NCBI GenBank assembly: GCA_032250835.1
Contig: JAVVEA010000004.1
Span: 160,001-224,000, forward strand
Length of the DNA stretch: 64,000 nucleotides
Source: a bacterium
Lineage (GTDB): Bacteria; SAR324; XYD2-FULL-50-16
Direction: 5' to 3'
Each line of letters starts with the position of its first letter. Positions within the stretch are counted from its first letter, which is position 1. Below are positions 7,937 through 16,873 of this stretch, piece by piece. The translations under genes and the position numbers were made by a program. Under the pieces are notes generated by a model. That model did not search any database and was not told the DNA's origin. It worked only from the letters and a program-made list of their open reading frames with translations.

Positions 7937-8731
7937 TTAGAAAAAGTCCACTTCTTCGGAAAGATAGTCTCCTCCCAGCAGAATGTGTTCCTTTTCATAA
8001 CCTGGGAACTTTCCGCCCAAGGCTTCTTCGTAACAAAACACCTTCTGGAAGGGCACGCGGATGCGTACGATGCGGTCGCCGAACTCGCTGGCCCGTTCGA
8101 TATTGGCGCTGTAGGAAGTCAGACAATTGTTGCGCAACACCCACGCTCGAGGCCCTAAAGTGGCCACCCGTTCGGACTCGTCGGCGGCGCTGTTGTAGCC
8201 CCGGTACAGCTCTAGATAGCCCTCGGGAGGTCCAAACCGCTTGAGGTATTCTTGCACATATTCATAAACCAAGTCTAACTGGGCGTAGATGCTGTTGTAG
8301 TGGAACCGAGGGTGCATCTTTTCAGCAAGATAGGCGAGGTATTCGGGGGTGTTCAGCCCCGTCAACAGGCCGTTGTGGTATAGCGCCCGCAAACCGAAGC
8401 GCGACTCCACCCAACCCTTCATCACTGCGCCTTCGGGGCGGTTTGAGTCAAAAAACCAGCCCTTGATCAGCCGCAGAAAACCGGCGCGGTATTTCTTTGA
8501 TTTTCCTTGAACTTCTTGGTCCTCCAAATTAAATAGGGCCCGCATGTGCTCAAAGAAAAGGGGCGCAAATTCCGATTGGGGGTAGCGGTCTAAGACTTCA
8601 AAGAAGGGGCGGTACATCTCGCGAACCCCATTGATATGGACTTCACGAGGTTTCTCGTTGAATTCAGTGGAAGCGAAAATCGGGGTGGGGACGCCGATCA
8701 GATTAGAATAGTGGATGTAAGGATTGTCCAT
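7937..8731 (-). CDS. draT: NAD+-dinitrogen-reductase ADP-ribosyltransferase (start could be 8776)
   Basis: GWFFDSNRPEGAVMKGWVESRFGL, QLDLVYEY, LYRG, ASEFGD, EKEHILLGG. Confidence 0.9.
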   Translation of the reverse strand: MDNPYIHYSNLIGVPTPIFASTEFNEKPREVHINGVREMYRPFFEVLDRYPQSEFAPLFFEHMRALFNLEDQEVQGKSKKYRAGFLRLIKGWFFDSNRPEGAVMKGWVESRFGLRALYHNGLLTGLNTPEYLAYLAEKMHPRFHYNSIYAQLDLVYEYVQEYLKRFGPPEGYLELYRGYNSAADESERVATLGPRAWVLRNNCLTSYSANIERASEFGDRIVRIRVPFQKVFCYEEALGGKFPGYEKEHILLGGDYLSEEVDFF

Positions 8732-8765
8732 GTCGTAAAGGAGACAATTTGTCGTAAAGGCGACA
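8731..8765. promoter_or_regulatory. Tandem NifA UAS sites
   Basis: TGTcgtaaaggagACA 8731-8746 and TGTcgtaaaggcgACA 8750-8765. Confidence 0.8.
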
Positions 8766-8833
8766 GTCTCCTCCAATCGAAAGAGAACCGCTTAAGCCCC
8801 GTTTGGCCGCGTTTTAGGAGGCAAACAGCCCGA

Positions 8834-8849
8834 TGGCCCCAGGCTTGCT
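8834..8849 (+). promoter_or_regulatory. sigma54 -24/-12 promoter of nifB
   Basis: TGGCcccaggcTTGCT (GG-N10-GC) between the UAS pair and nifB. Confidence 0.8.
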
Positions 8850-8925
8850 CTAAAGAGATTGTCGGTTCGCCTCGGCGGACCTCCCAATTTTTGGTTCTGA
8901 CCCAATACTTGATCAGGAGAACGCC

Positions 8926-10311
8926 GTGAGCAGTTGCAACGTAAAATCGACGGAGATCGAAGATCCCCGTAACGAGGACCACCCCTGTTATTCCGAAAAG
9001 GCACACCACTACTTCGCGCGGATGCACCTATCCGTAGCGCCGGGATGCAATATACAGTGCAACTATTGCAACCGCAAGTACAACTGCGCCAATGAGTCCC
9101 GCCCCGGCGTGGTGGTGGACCAGTTAACGCCTAAAGAGGCGCTCCAGAAGGTCTATTACGTAGCCAGCGAGCTCAAGGAGCTTTCGGTGATTGGGATTGC
9201 CGGTCAGGGTGACTCGCTTTGCAGCGTGCAGCGCACCATGGAGACCATGGACCTGATCAACGAGCACTTCCCGGACCTTAAGCTTTGCCTCTCGACCAAC
9301 GGCTTGATGCTGCCCAAGTACGCCGAAGAGATCGCCAAGCGCGGCGTGGACCATGTGACGGTCACCGTCAACACGCTTAACCCCAAGACCGCTCAGTTGA
9401 TTTATGATTGGGTCAAGGTCGGCGGTAAGAAGCGCAACGACCTGGAGGCCATGGCCTACTTTGCGGCCCGCCAGCTTGAAGGGATCCGTTCGCTGATCAA
9501 TCTAGGCGTGATGGTCAAGGTCAACAGCTTGATGATGCCCGGCATCAACGACGAAGAATTGCCCGCTCTTTCGGCTCGTTTAAAGAAGATGGGGGTGTTC
9601 ATGCACAACATCATGCCCCTAATCGCCAAGGCCGAGCATGGCACCAAGTTCGGCTTAGAAGGCCGCCCGGAGCCCACCGAAGAGCAGATGAACGAAGTCC
9701 GCGAAAAGTGCGGCGACATGAAACAAATGACCCATTGCCACTCTTGCCGTGCCGACGCGGTGGGTAAGTTGGGTGAAGATAAGTTTGAAGAATACGGCAA
9801 GGAGCACTGGCGCAACCTGGAAATCCCCGAAGCCGGGAGCGATTTCAACGCCAAACAACGCGAAGTCTGGCGCGCCCGGATCGCCAACCACTTAGGCCGC
9901 CCCAACCGCGCCGAGGAGACCCCTATTTTGGTCGCCGCCGCCAGCGAGTCGATGGGCTTGATCAACCAGCACTTCGGCCATGCCAAAAAGTTTTATATTT
10001 ACCATGTCTTTAGTAACCGCGCCGAGCTCAAAGAGGTCCGCGAAATCCCCGCGCCTTATTGCAGCGGCGACGAGACCTGCGGCGACAAAGACACCCTTTT
10101 AGACCTGATCATTCGCCGCTTGAGCGATTGTGAGGCCCTGGTCTGCCTGAAGGTAGGCTTCCCGATCTTTAAGAAGTTGGAGGCTGCTGGAATCCTTCCG
10201 GTAATCGACCAGCCCATGCAGCCCATGGTGCGCGCCGTCCAATCTGCCGCTGTGCAGGTCTTGGAAAAGGCCGGACCGGGGCAAACCCAAATGGCCGAGG
10301 AGGTCTCGTGA
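8926..10311 (+). CDS. nifB: FeMo-co biosynthesis radical SAM protein NifB with C-terminal NifX-like domain
   Basis: HPCYS, RMHLSVAPGCNIQCNYCNRK, NESRPG, HCHSCRADAVG, INQHFGHA. Confidence 0.97.
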   Translation: MSSCNVKSTEIEDPRNEDHPCYSEKAHHYFARMHLSVAPGCNIQCNYCNRKYNCANESRPGVVVDQLTPKEALQKVYYVASELKELSVIGIAGQGDSLCSVQRTMETMDLINEHFPDLKLCLSTNGLMLPKYAEEIAKRGVDHVTVTVNTLNPKTAQLIYDWVKVGGKKRNDLEAMAYFAARQLEGIRSLINLGVMVKVNSLMMPGINDEELPALSARLKKMGVFMHNIMPLIAKAEHGTKFGLEGRPEPTEEQMNEVREKCGDMKQMTHCHSCRADAVGKLGEDKFEEYGKEHWRNLEIPEAGSDFNAKQREVWRARIANHLGRPNRAEETPILVAAASESMGLINQHFGHAKKFYIYHVFSNRAELKEVREIPAPYCSGDETCGDKDTLLDLIIRRLSDCEALVCLKVGFPIFKKLEAAGILPVIDQPMQPMVRAVQSAAVQVLEKAGPGQTQMAEEVS

Positions 10312-10511
10312 AAGTTATGGTAAGCAAAGCCGGAGACGGTTACAGCATCTACATCCCCAAAAAAGACCTTGAAGCTAAGGTGGTTTCTACTGAAGCAGGC
10401 GTAGCTTTCGGCGGCACTTGGGAACTGGAAAATGGCGATAAGCTTTACATTGAGCCATTAGATGCCGAGCCTAAGTTGCCGTTGACTATGGTCGCCAAGC
10501 GAGTGGACTAA
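10308..10511 (+). CDS. nifT: NifT/FixU
   Basis: MKVM....YIPKKDLE.KVV...FGG..EL.NG. Confidence 0.9.
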   Translation: MKVMVSKAGDGYSIYIPKKDLEAKVVSTEAGVAFGGTWELENGDKLYIEPLDAEPKLPLTMVAKRVD

Positions 10512-10555
10512 ACCAAACCGACCCGAATCCATGCCCTTTAATTCGGAGATCGAAG

Positions 10556-11659
10556 ATGATCGAAATTTTAGATACGACGCTGCGCGACGGTGAACAGACC
10601 CCAGGGGTTTGTTTTTCCGCCGCAGAAAAGCTAGAAATCGCCCGGCGCATCAGCGCTTTGGGCGTCACCTATATTGAAGCGGGCACCCCGGCCATGGGGC
10701 CCGAGGAGCAAGCGGCGGTCACCCAGATCGTCCAAGCAGGCCTGAGCGCCAAAATCGTGACCTGGAATCGGGCCCAAGAGTCGGATTTGATCGCTTCCTT
10801 AGAGACGGGATCAAAACATATCCACCTTTCGCTGCCCGTTTCGGAGCAGTTGATAGCCAAAAAATTAGGTAAGGACCGCCAGTTTGTTTTGGACCGGCTC
10901 AAGTCCTGTTTCGCCTTTTTGGCCGGACAAGGGGCGTTGGAAATTTCGGTCGGAGCCGAAGACGCCAGCCGCGCTGAGCCCGAATTTGTCAAAGAATACG
11001 CACTCTTGGCCCAAGAACTGGGCGCTTGCCGGGTGCGGCTGTGCGATACGCTGGGGGTCTTAAGTCCCTTTAATTTAGCTAAAACCTTTGAACCTACCGT
11101 CAAGGCGCTAAAGGTGGCTTTAGAAATCCACACCCACAACGACTTCGGGATGGCCACCGCCAACGCGCTGGCCGCTGCTCATGCGGGCTTTACGGTGCTT
11201 GATACCACGGTCTTAGGGCTGGGCGAGCGCGCCGGAAACGCGGCTTTAGAAGAATTGGCCTTGGTGCTGATGTTCCATTTGAACCAACCGAGCATCCAGA
11301 CCCAGGGGCTAAAGTCCTTGGCGGCCTTTGTGGCCCAAGCAGCAATGCGGCCCATTCCTTTTGGCAAAAGCATTGTGGGCGAGCGGATCTTTTACCATGA
11401 ATCGGGCATCCACGCCGATGGGGTGATCAAAGACCCGCTCAATTACGAGCCCTTTGCGCCGGAATTGGTCGGGGCCCACCACGAGATTGTGATCGGTAAA
11501 CATTCGGGCCGCCATTCGCTGGCCCACAAGCTAACGCAATTGGGCTTGAGCGCCCAACATGCCGAAGGCTTAATGGAATCGGTAAGGGGCCTGGCTAACG
11601 CCAAGAAGGGCCTTTTAAGCGACCAAGACCTAATGACCTTGGACCAGCAACTGGTCTAA
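10556..11659 (+). CDS. nifV: Homocitrate synthase
   Basis: DTTLRDGEQTPG, GAEDASRA, HTHNDFGMATAN, HESGIHADG, GKHSG. Confidence 0.93.
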   Translation: MIEILDTTLRDGEQTPGVCFSAAEKLEIARRISALGVTYIEAGTPAMGPEEQAAVTQIVQAGLSAKIVTWNRAQESDLIASLETGSKHIHLSLPVSEQLIAKKLGKDRQFVLDRLKSCFAFLAGQGALEISVGAEDASRAEPEFVKEYALLAQELGACRVRLCDTLGVLSPFNLAKTFEPTVKALKVALEIHTHNDFGMATANALAAAHAGFTVLDTTVLGLGERAGNAALEELALVLMFHLNQPSIQTQGLKSLAAFVAQAAMRPIPFGKSIVGERIFYHESGIHADGVIKDPLNYEPFAPELVGAHHEIVIGKHSGRHSLAHKLTQLGLSAQHAEGLMESVRGLANAKKGLLSDQDLMTLDQQLV

Positions 11660-11669
11660 AGGCCCCAGC

Positions 11670-11791
11670 ACCCCGCCGGACCCTAATCCTTGGGAGTCCG
11701 TCCAACCAACGGTATCCGGCGGGGTACCTTTTGCCCCGTCGGCCTGAATCCCTGGGAGTCCGTCCAACCAACTGACCCCCCGGCGGGGCAA
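11670..11791 (+). repeat. Two tandem stem-loops with conserved 26-nt loop core
   Basis: Units 11670-11725 and 11731-11791; core aatcc(t/c)tgggagtccgtccaaccaac at 11685-11710 and 11747-11772. Confidence 0.8.
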
Positions 11792-11970
11792 TTCCTTCCT
11801 TTCATTCCCCTCGACTACTCACAAGAAGGCCCAAGATCTGAAAAAACGGAAGCTTTTGGGAGCCTCCTTTCGATCAGTTTTCCATTTTTTTTAAGGCCAC
11901 CCCAGCGCCGAATAGCCCAGCTCGACGCAACCCAACAACGCTCTGCCTTCCCTAGAAGTTTCGATTTTAT

Positions 11971-12000
11971 TTGAATTTTTCGGGTTGGTTTCTGTATAAT
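11971..12000 (+). promoter_or_regulatory. Candidate sigma70 promoter of arr operon
   Basis: TTGAAT-N18-TATAAT ending 30 nt before the first gene. Confidence 0.5.
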
Positions 12001-12029
12001 GCTATACGAACCCCATTTGTGGAGGCGTC

Positions 12030-12959
12030 GTGGAACTGATCTTCAACATTCAAGGTATGCCGGTCTGGGATTGGCGGGTGGCGTTGGACCTTTTCTTTGG
12101 TGGTATCGGTGTTGGGGCCTTTTTGGTAGCCCTTCTGGTTGACTGGTTCTACCGCGACCAACAATCCCTGGGGCGCACTGCCGCCAGTTTAAGCCCGGCC
12201 ATGCTCTTGCTGGGCTTTTTGTTTCTGCTCATGAAACTGGGCCGTCCAATGGCCAGTATCCATCTCTTCACCACCTATCAACCTCAGTCGGCTGTTTGGT
12301 GGGGAGGCTGGCTTCAGTCAGCGCTCTTGGCTGGGGTGCTGGTCTATGCCTTTCTTTGGGGGCAAGAGGCCAGCGCGTTCAGGCGCCTTTGGGGTCTTTT
12401 GGTCGCGCCGTTAGCGGTGGCGGTGGCGGCGTACCATGGCTTGTTGCTAGCCTCCTTTAGGGTCCGAAGTCTTTGGGTTTCGACGCCCGCCCTGTTGAGT
12501 GCCCTGTTCGCAGCAATCGCCACGGGCCTAGCCTTAACCCTGTTGGTGCATATTGTCCGGGCCCGTAGCCAAGGCCAGTTGCAAGGGGCTGAGTTGGTGG
12601 ACTATTGGAGAGAGCTGTCGGGTTTGCGCAAACTGTTGGGTGCTGTTTTGATCCTGCAATTGCTGGTCTTGGCCTACTGGTGGCTCCGGTTAAGCGGTGG
12701 GGGCGATGCTGCGGTGCAGGCTTTGAGCGCTGCTACAGCCGCCTATGGCCTAGTCTTTTGGGGGGGCGGCTTGGGCCTGGGGTTGGTTTTGCCTTTGTTG
12801 ATTGGCCTGAATCTAGCCCGCCAGGCCGAAGCTTCCGGTGAGATGGTCTGGACGGGGTTGTGGACGGGTAGTGCCTCGATCTTGTTAGGGGGCTTAGCGC
12901 TCCGTTGGGCAGTGGTCCTAGGGGGGCAATCGGCTCCCCTGTCGATGATCTTAGGTTAA
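12030..12959 (+). CDS. NrfD/PsrC-family membrane anchor (ArrC-like)
   Basis: WDWRVALDLFFGGIGVG, LGRP, multiple TM helices, GGLALRWAVVLGGQ. Confidence 0.88.
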   Translation: MELIFNIQGMPVWDWRVALDLFFGGIGVGAFLVALLVDWFYRDQQSLGRTAASLSPAMLLLGFLFLLMKLGRPMASIHLFTTYQPQSAVWWGGWLQSALLAGVLVYAFLWGQEASAFRRLWGLLVAPLAVAVAAYHGLLLASFRVRSLWVSTPALLSALFAAIATGLALTLLVHIVRARSQGQLQGAELVDYWRELSGLRKLLGAVLILQLLVLAYWWLRLSGGGDAAVQALSAATAAYGLVFWGGGLGLGLVLPLLIGLNLARQAEASGEMVWTGLWTGSASILLGGLALRWAVVLGGQSAPLSMILG

Positions 12960-12968
12960 GGAGTCGCC

Positions 12969-15521
12969 ATGAGCACGAGATTTAGCCGTCGAGAATTCAT
13001 CCAATACGGCAGCGCTGCGGGGCTGCTGGTTTCGGCCCAGAGCGGTATTCCGGTCAGTCGAGTGCTGGCCGAAGCTCCGCCAGCCACGGCCAAGCCCAGC
13101 GAGGAAGACTGGCGCAGCACAACCTGCCAAGGCTGCACCACTTGGTGCTCGGTGCAGGTACAGGTGGAAAAGGGGCGGGCGATTAAATTGCGTGGCAATG
13201 CCGCCTGTAAGGGGAACCACGGGGTAATTTGCCCAAGGCCGCATTTGGCTTTGCAACAGGTTTACGATCCAGACCGGCTCAAGGTCCCTATGAAGCGGAC
13301 CAACCCCAAGAAAGGTCGCGATCAGGACCCTGGCTTTGTCCCCATCACCTGGGATGAGGCCTTGGACCTCTTGTCCGACAAGATGATGGAGTTGCGCGCC
13401 GCCGAATTGACGAACCAGTTTGCGGTGTTGCGTGGTCGATATACCTACATGCGGGACCTGATCTATTCGTCCTTGCCTAAGGTTTTTGGCTCGCCCAACG
13501 GCATCAGTCATTCGGCCATCTGCGCCGAAGCCGAGAAATTTGGTGCCTATTTTACCGAAGGCTTTTGGGACTACCGAGATTACGACCTGGAAAACACCAA
13601 GTATGTGCTTTGTTGGGGGGCCGACCCGCTGGCCTCGAACCGCCAAGTCCCCCATGCGATCAATATGTGGGGGCAGGTCCGCGATCAGGCCAAGATTGCG
13701 GTGGTGGACCCCCGGCTTTCGATCACGGCGGCTAAAGCGAACGAGTGGTTACCGGTCATTCCCGGCGAAGACGGGGCCTTGGCTCTGGCCATGGCGCATG
13801 TGATCTTGGTCGAAGGGCTTTGGAGCCGTGAATTTGTCGGTGACTTTAAGGACCAAACCAACCGCTTTGTGCCCGGTGTTATGGTGGACCTCGGCAGCTT
13901 TAACGAGACCGAGACCTTTGGTGTGGTGGCTTGGTGGAATATCGAACTGAAAGACAAAACCCCCCAATGGGCCTCTGAGCGTTGCGGGATTCCGGCTGAG
14001 CAGATTGCCCGAGTGGCCCGCGAGTTTGCCCAGGCGGCCCCGGCTTGTATGAGTTGGGTTTCTCCGGGGACGGCCATGCAGGTTCGCGGCGGGTACGCTG
14101 CCATGGCGGCCCATGCGCTCAATGGTTTGGTCGGTTCAACAGACCAAAAAGGGGGCGTGGTCCAAAAAACCAAGGTCCCCGCCAGCTCCACCCCGGACTA
14201 TAAACCCTACCAAGACGAACTGGCCCAAAAAGGGTCCAAAGCGAAAAAAATCGACCAGCGCGGTACCCTGGAATTCCCGGCCTTAAAGGAAGGGAAGCCT
14301 GGGGGCGGGGTGGTCACCAACCGAGTGGCCGACGCGATCTTGGAGGGGAATCCCTATGACCTCAAGGTGGTGATTGCTTATTGGAGTAACTTTCCCTTTT
14401 CTTGCTCCGGTGCCCAGCGGTGGGAGGCGGCTTTGAGCAAAATTCCCTTTATGGCCCACGTTACCACCCATGCCTCAGAGATGAGCCATTTTGCTGATTT
14501 GGTGTTGCCTGCGGCGCACCATCTCTTTGAAAAATGGGGCTTCTTAAAGAGCAAACAGAATCTCCATGGGTACGCCACCCTCAACGAACCGGTGGTGGAG
14601 CCTTTGTGGGACGTGCGGATGGATGAAAGTGAGGTTCCCTGGCTGTTAGCCGAAAAGCTGGCTGCTAAGGGGTTTGATAACCTACTGCGTTACTACCGTG
14701 AATCCTTTAAGGACCCAGAATCTGGGCGCGAAGCGAAAGATGCGGCCGAATTCAGCCTCTTTGCGTTGAAGTATTATACCCGGCCTATGTGGGACCCCAG
14801 CCACGAAGACTACGGCAAATACGGCGATGCTATCCCAGGGTGGGATACCTTTGTCAAAGTCGGCGTGTGGAACTCCAAGAAATACGAGTTCAAAAAGAAA
14901 TGGGGCCACTTCAAAACCAAGACCGGCAAGTTTGAGTTTTACTCAAAAACCCTGAAAGCGGCTTTAGAAGCCCACGGCGAAAAACATGGGACCGATGTGG
15001 ACGGGGTGTTGGAGGCGACGCATTATTTAGGCCGAGGTGAGCGGGCCTTTGTGCCGCATTACGAAGAGGCGCTGCGCTGGGGCGAGGTGGAAAAATACCC
15101 CCTGATCTTCTTTGAACACCGCTCCCGTCTCAACCGTGAGGGGCGCTCGGCCAACTGTACTTGGTACCAGGCCCACAAAAATGCCGACCCCGGAGACGAG
15201 AATTGGGGTGACGTGCTGAAGATTAACAGTGTCGACGCGACGGCCCGTGGACTTAAAGACGGCGATGCAATCGAGATCATCTCCCCGACCGGTAAGATCC
15301 GCTCGACCATCAAGGTGTGGGAAGGGGTGCGCCCCGGCACGGTGACCAAATGTTACGGGCAAGGGCATTGGGCTTATGGCCACATTGCCGCAATGGATTT
15401 TAACCGGAGGCTTCCGCGTGGAGGGAACAACAACGAGATCCTCCCGGCCGATTACGAACGGCTAAGCGGCAGCACCGCGCGCCACGGTGGCGTGACTTGG
15501 GTCAATTTGGTCAAACTCTAA
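12969..15521 (+). CDS. arrA: Respiratory arsenate reductase catalytic molybdopterin subunit
   Basis: TAT signal SRREFI; CQGCTTWC...C Fe-S motif; RGRY motif and SHSAICAEAEKFG characteristic of ArrA; SRLNREGRSAN. Confidence 0.9.
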   Translation: MSTRFSRREFIQYGSAAGLLVSAQSGIPVSRVLAEAPPATAKPSEEDWRSTTCQGCTTWCSVQVQVEKGRAIKLRGNAACKGNHGVICPRPHLALQQVYDPDRLKVPMKRTNPKKGRDQDPGFVPITWDEALDLLSDKMMELRAAELTNQFAVLRGRYTYMRDLIYSSLPKVFGSPNGISHSAICAEAEKFGAYFTEGFWDYRDYDLENTKYVLCWGADPLASNRQVPHAINMWGQVRDQAKIAVVDPRLSITAAKANEWLPVIPGEDGALALAMAHVILVEGLWSREFVGDFKDQTNRFVPGVMVDLGSFNETETFGVVAWWNIELKDKTPQWASERCGIPAEQIARVAREFAQAAPACMSWVSPGTAMQVRGGYAAMAAHALNGLVGSTDQKGGVVQKTKVPASSTPDYKPYQDELAQKGSKAKKIDQRGTLEFPALKEGKPGGGVVTNRVADAILEGNPYDLKVVIAYWSNFPFSCSGAQRWEAALSKIPFMAHVTTHASEMSHFADLVLPAAHHLFEKWGFLKSKQNLHGYATLNEPVVEPLWDVRMDESEVPWLLAEKLAAKGFDNLLRYYRESFKDPESGREAKDAAEFSLFALKYYTRPMWDPSHEDYGKYGDAIPGWDTFVKVGVWNSKKYEFKKKWGHFKTKTGKFEFYSKTLKAALEAHGEKHGTDVDGVLEATHYLGRGERAFVPHYEEALRWGEVEKYPLIFFEHRSRLNREGRSANCTWYQAHKNADPGDENWGDVLKINSVDATARGLKDGDAIEIISPTGKIRSTIKVWEGVRPGTVTKCYGQGHWAYGHIAAMDFNRRLPRGGNNNEILPADYERLSGSTARHGGVTWVNLVKL

Positions 15522-15534
15522 AAGGGGAGGCAAG

Positions 15535-16227
15535 ATGTTAGGACAGCGATTGGCCATGGTCATTGACCTGCACCGCTGCGTTGGTTGTGCGGCCTGTGAT
15601 ATAGCCTGCAAGAGCGAGAACAACGTACCCCATGATTTTCACTGGTCTAACCACATCATTGAAACGGCGGGCAGCTTCCCTGAAGTGAAGTACCGATACA
15701 TACCCACTCTCTGCAACCACTGCGGTGACGCGCCCTGTGTTGAGGTGTGCCCGACCGGGGCCATGTATAAGGATGACCGGGGCTTGACCTTGCATGATGC
15801 CCCGACCTGCATCGGCTGTCGTTCTTGTCAGTTGGCCTGTCCCTACGGGGCCATCTATTTTAATGAAGACCGACCCTTTCGTGCTTTGGAAGAAACCAAG
15901 CCGCTCATCAAAGGTTGCACGCCCGGCGGAGCTGAGTTGATCCAAAAAACCGGGGAGAACCCACCGCATTACAATCCCGACCGGGCCCGGACGGCGGACG
16001 GGGTGCGGCGCAAAGGGGTGGTGGAAAAATGCACCCTCTGCGACCACCGACTGGAACAAGGCAAGGAACCTTGGTGCGTGGTATCCTGTCCGGCCGAGGC
16101 CCGGACTGTGGGCGATATCAACGACCCCAAGAGCAAGGCCAGCCTGCTGTTGGCAAAACATTCACCCAGAGTACTCAACAAAGAACAAGGGACCCACCCG
16201 CATGTATTCTACATCCGAGAGTTCTGA
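15535..16227 (+). CDS. arrB: Arsenate reductase 4Fe-4S subunit
   Basis: MVIDLHRCVGCAACDIACKSEN, CNHC..APC..VCPT, CIGCRSCQLACPY, KCTLC. Confidence 0.88.
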   Translation: MLGQRLAMVIDLHRCVGCAACDIACKSENNVPHDFHWSNHIIETAGSFPEVKYRYIPTLCNHCGDAPCVEVCPTGAMYKDDRGLTLHDAPTCIGCRSCQLACPYGAIYFNEDRPFRALEETKPLIKGCTPGGAELIQKTGENPPHYNPDRARTADGVRRKGVVEKCTLCDHRLEQGKEPWCVVSCPAEARTVGDINDPKSKASLLLAKHSPRVLNKEQGTHPHVFYIREF

Positions 16228-16873
16228 GCCGATCGAAAGCCAAAGCGGGCAACTATTGGCCGCTGCGAACCTATCTCGTCTGTTGGCTGATGTTTTTTGG
16301 GAGCCTCTTTTGTTGGACGCTTCAAGCTTGGGGCATTTGCGACAAGCAGCGTCTAGTTTGGGGCCCAATTTTTTGCAGGCTGTTTTAGTTGCGGAGCGGG
16401 AGCAGGAAGGGCAATCTGTCCAGGAGCTCCGCCTGCTTTACGCCAAGTTATTTTTGGGCCCCTTTGAGTTGATGGCTGCGCCTTATGCGTCGGTCTATCT
16501 TGAGGGCGATGAGGCCTTTTCGGGAAACACCCGCGACTATTTGATGGACCTGTACGGGCGTGGAGGGTTCCGCCTACCGGCCAAGGCCGGTGACCTGCCG
16601 GACCACTTGGCCGTAGAATTGGAATTTGTCTATTTGATGCTTGCCCGGTATTTGCAGTTTGGCGATGAAGCGGCCTTGGGGCTGGCTCAAGAAATGGCCG
16701 AGCATATGGCTTCGTGGTTGCCCCAATGGCAGCGAACTTTGGTTTTGATCCCCCAAGCCAAATATTATTATCCCTTTGGAGACCTAGCTCTGTCTTTGCC
16801 GCCAGCCCTTCTGGCAGCCTTGTCTGCTTCGGGGGCTTGGGAATCTAACCCAGCCGGGGCAGGTCGAAGCTAA
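16202..16873 (+). CDS. TorD/DmsD-family chaperone (ArrD-like)
   Basis: YAKLFLGP..LMAAPYASVY, LPDHLAVELEF. Confidence 0.85.
   Translation: MYSTSESSEPIESQSGQLLAAANLSRLLADVFWEPLLLDASSLGHLRQAASSLGPNFLQAVLVAEREQEGQSVQELRLLYAKLFLGPFELMAAPYASVYLEGDEAFSGNTRDYLMDLYGRGGFRLPAKAGDLPDHLAVELEFVYLMLARYLQFGDEAALGLAQEMAEHMASWLPQWQRTLVLIPQAKYYYPFGDLALSLPPALLAALSASGAWESNPAGAGRS

Noticed and set aside
11660-12029. Moco/tungsten riboswitch upstream of arr
   Set aside because: I could not match the motif's conserved segments by eye; needs cmscan
16845-16873. Equal 29-nt convergent gene overlaps here and at 60835-60863
   Set aside because: Both arise from the conserved histidine-kinase C-terminus supplying an antisense stop codon; probably coincidence
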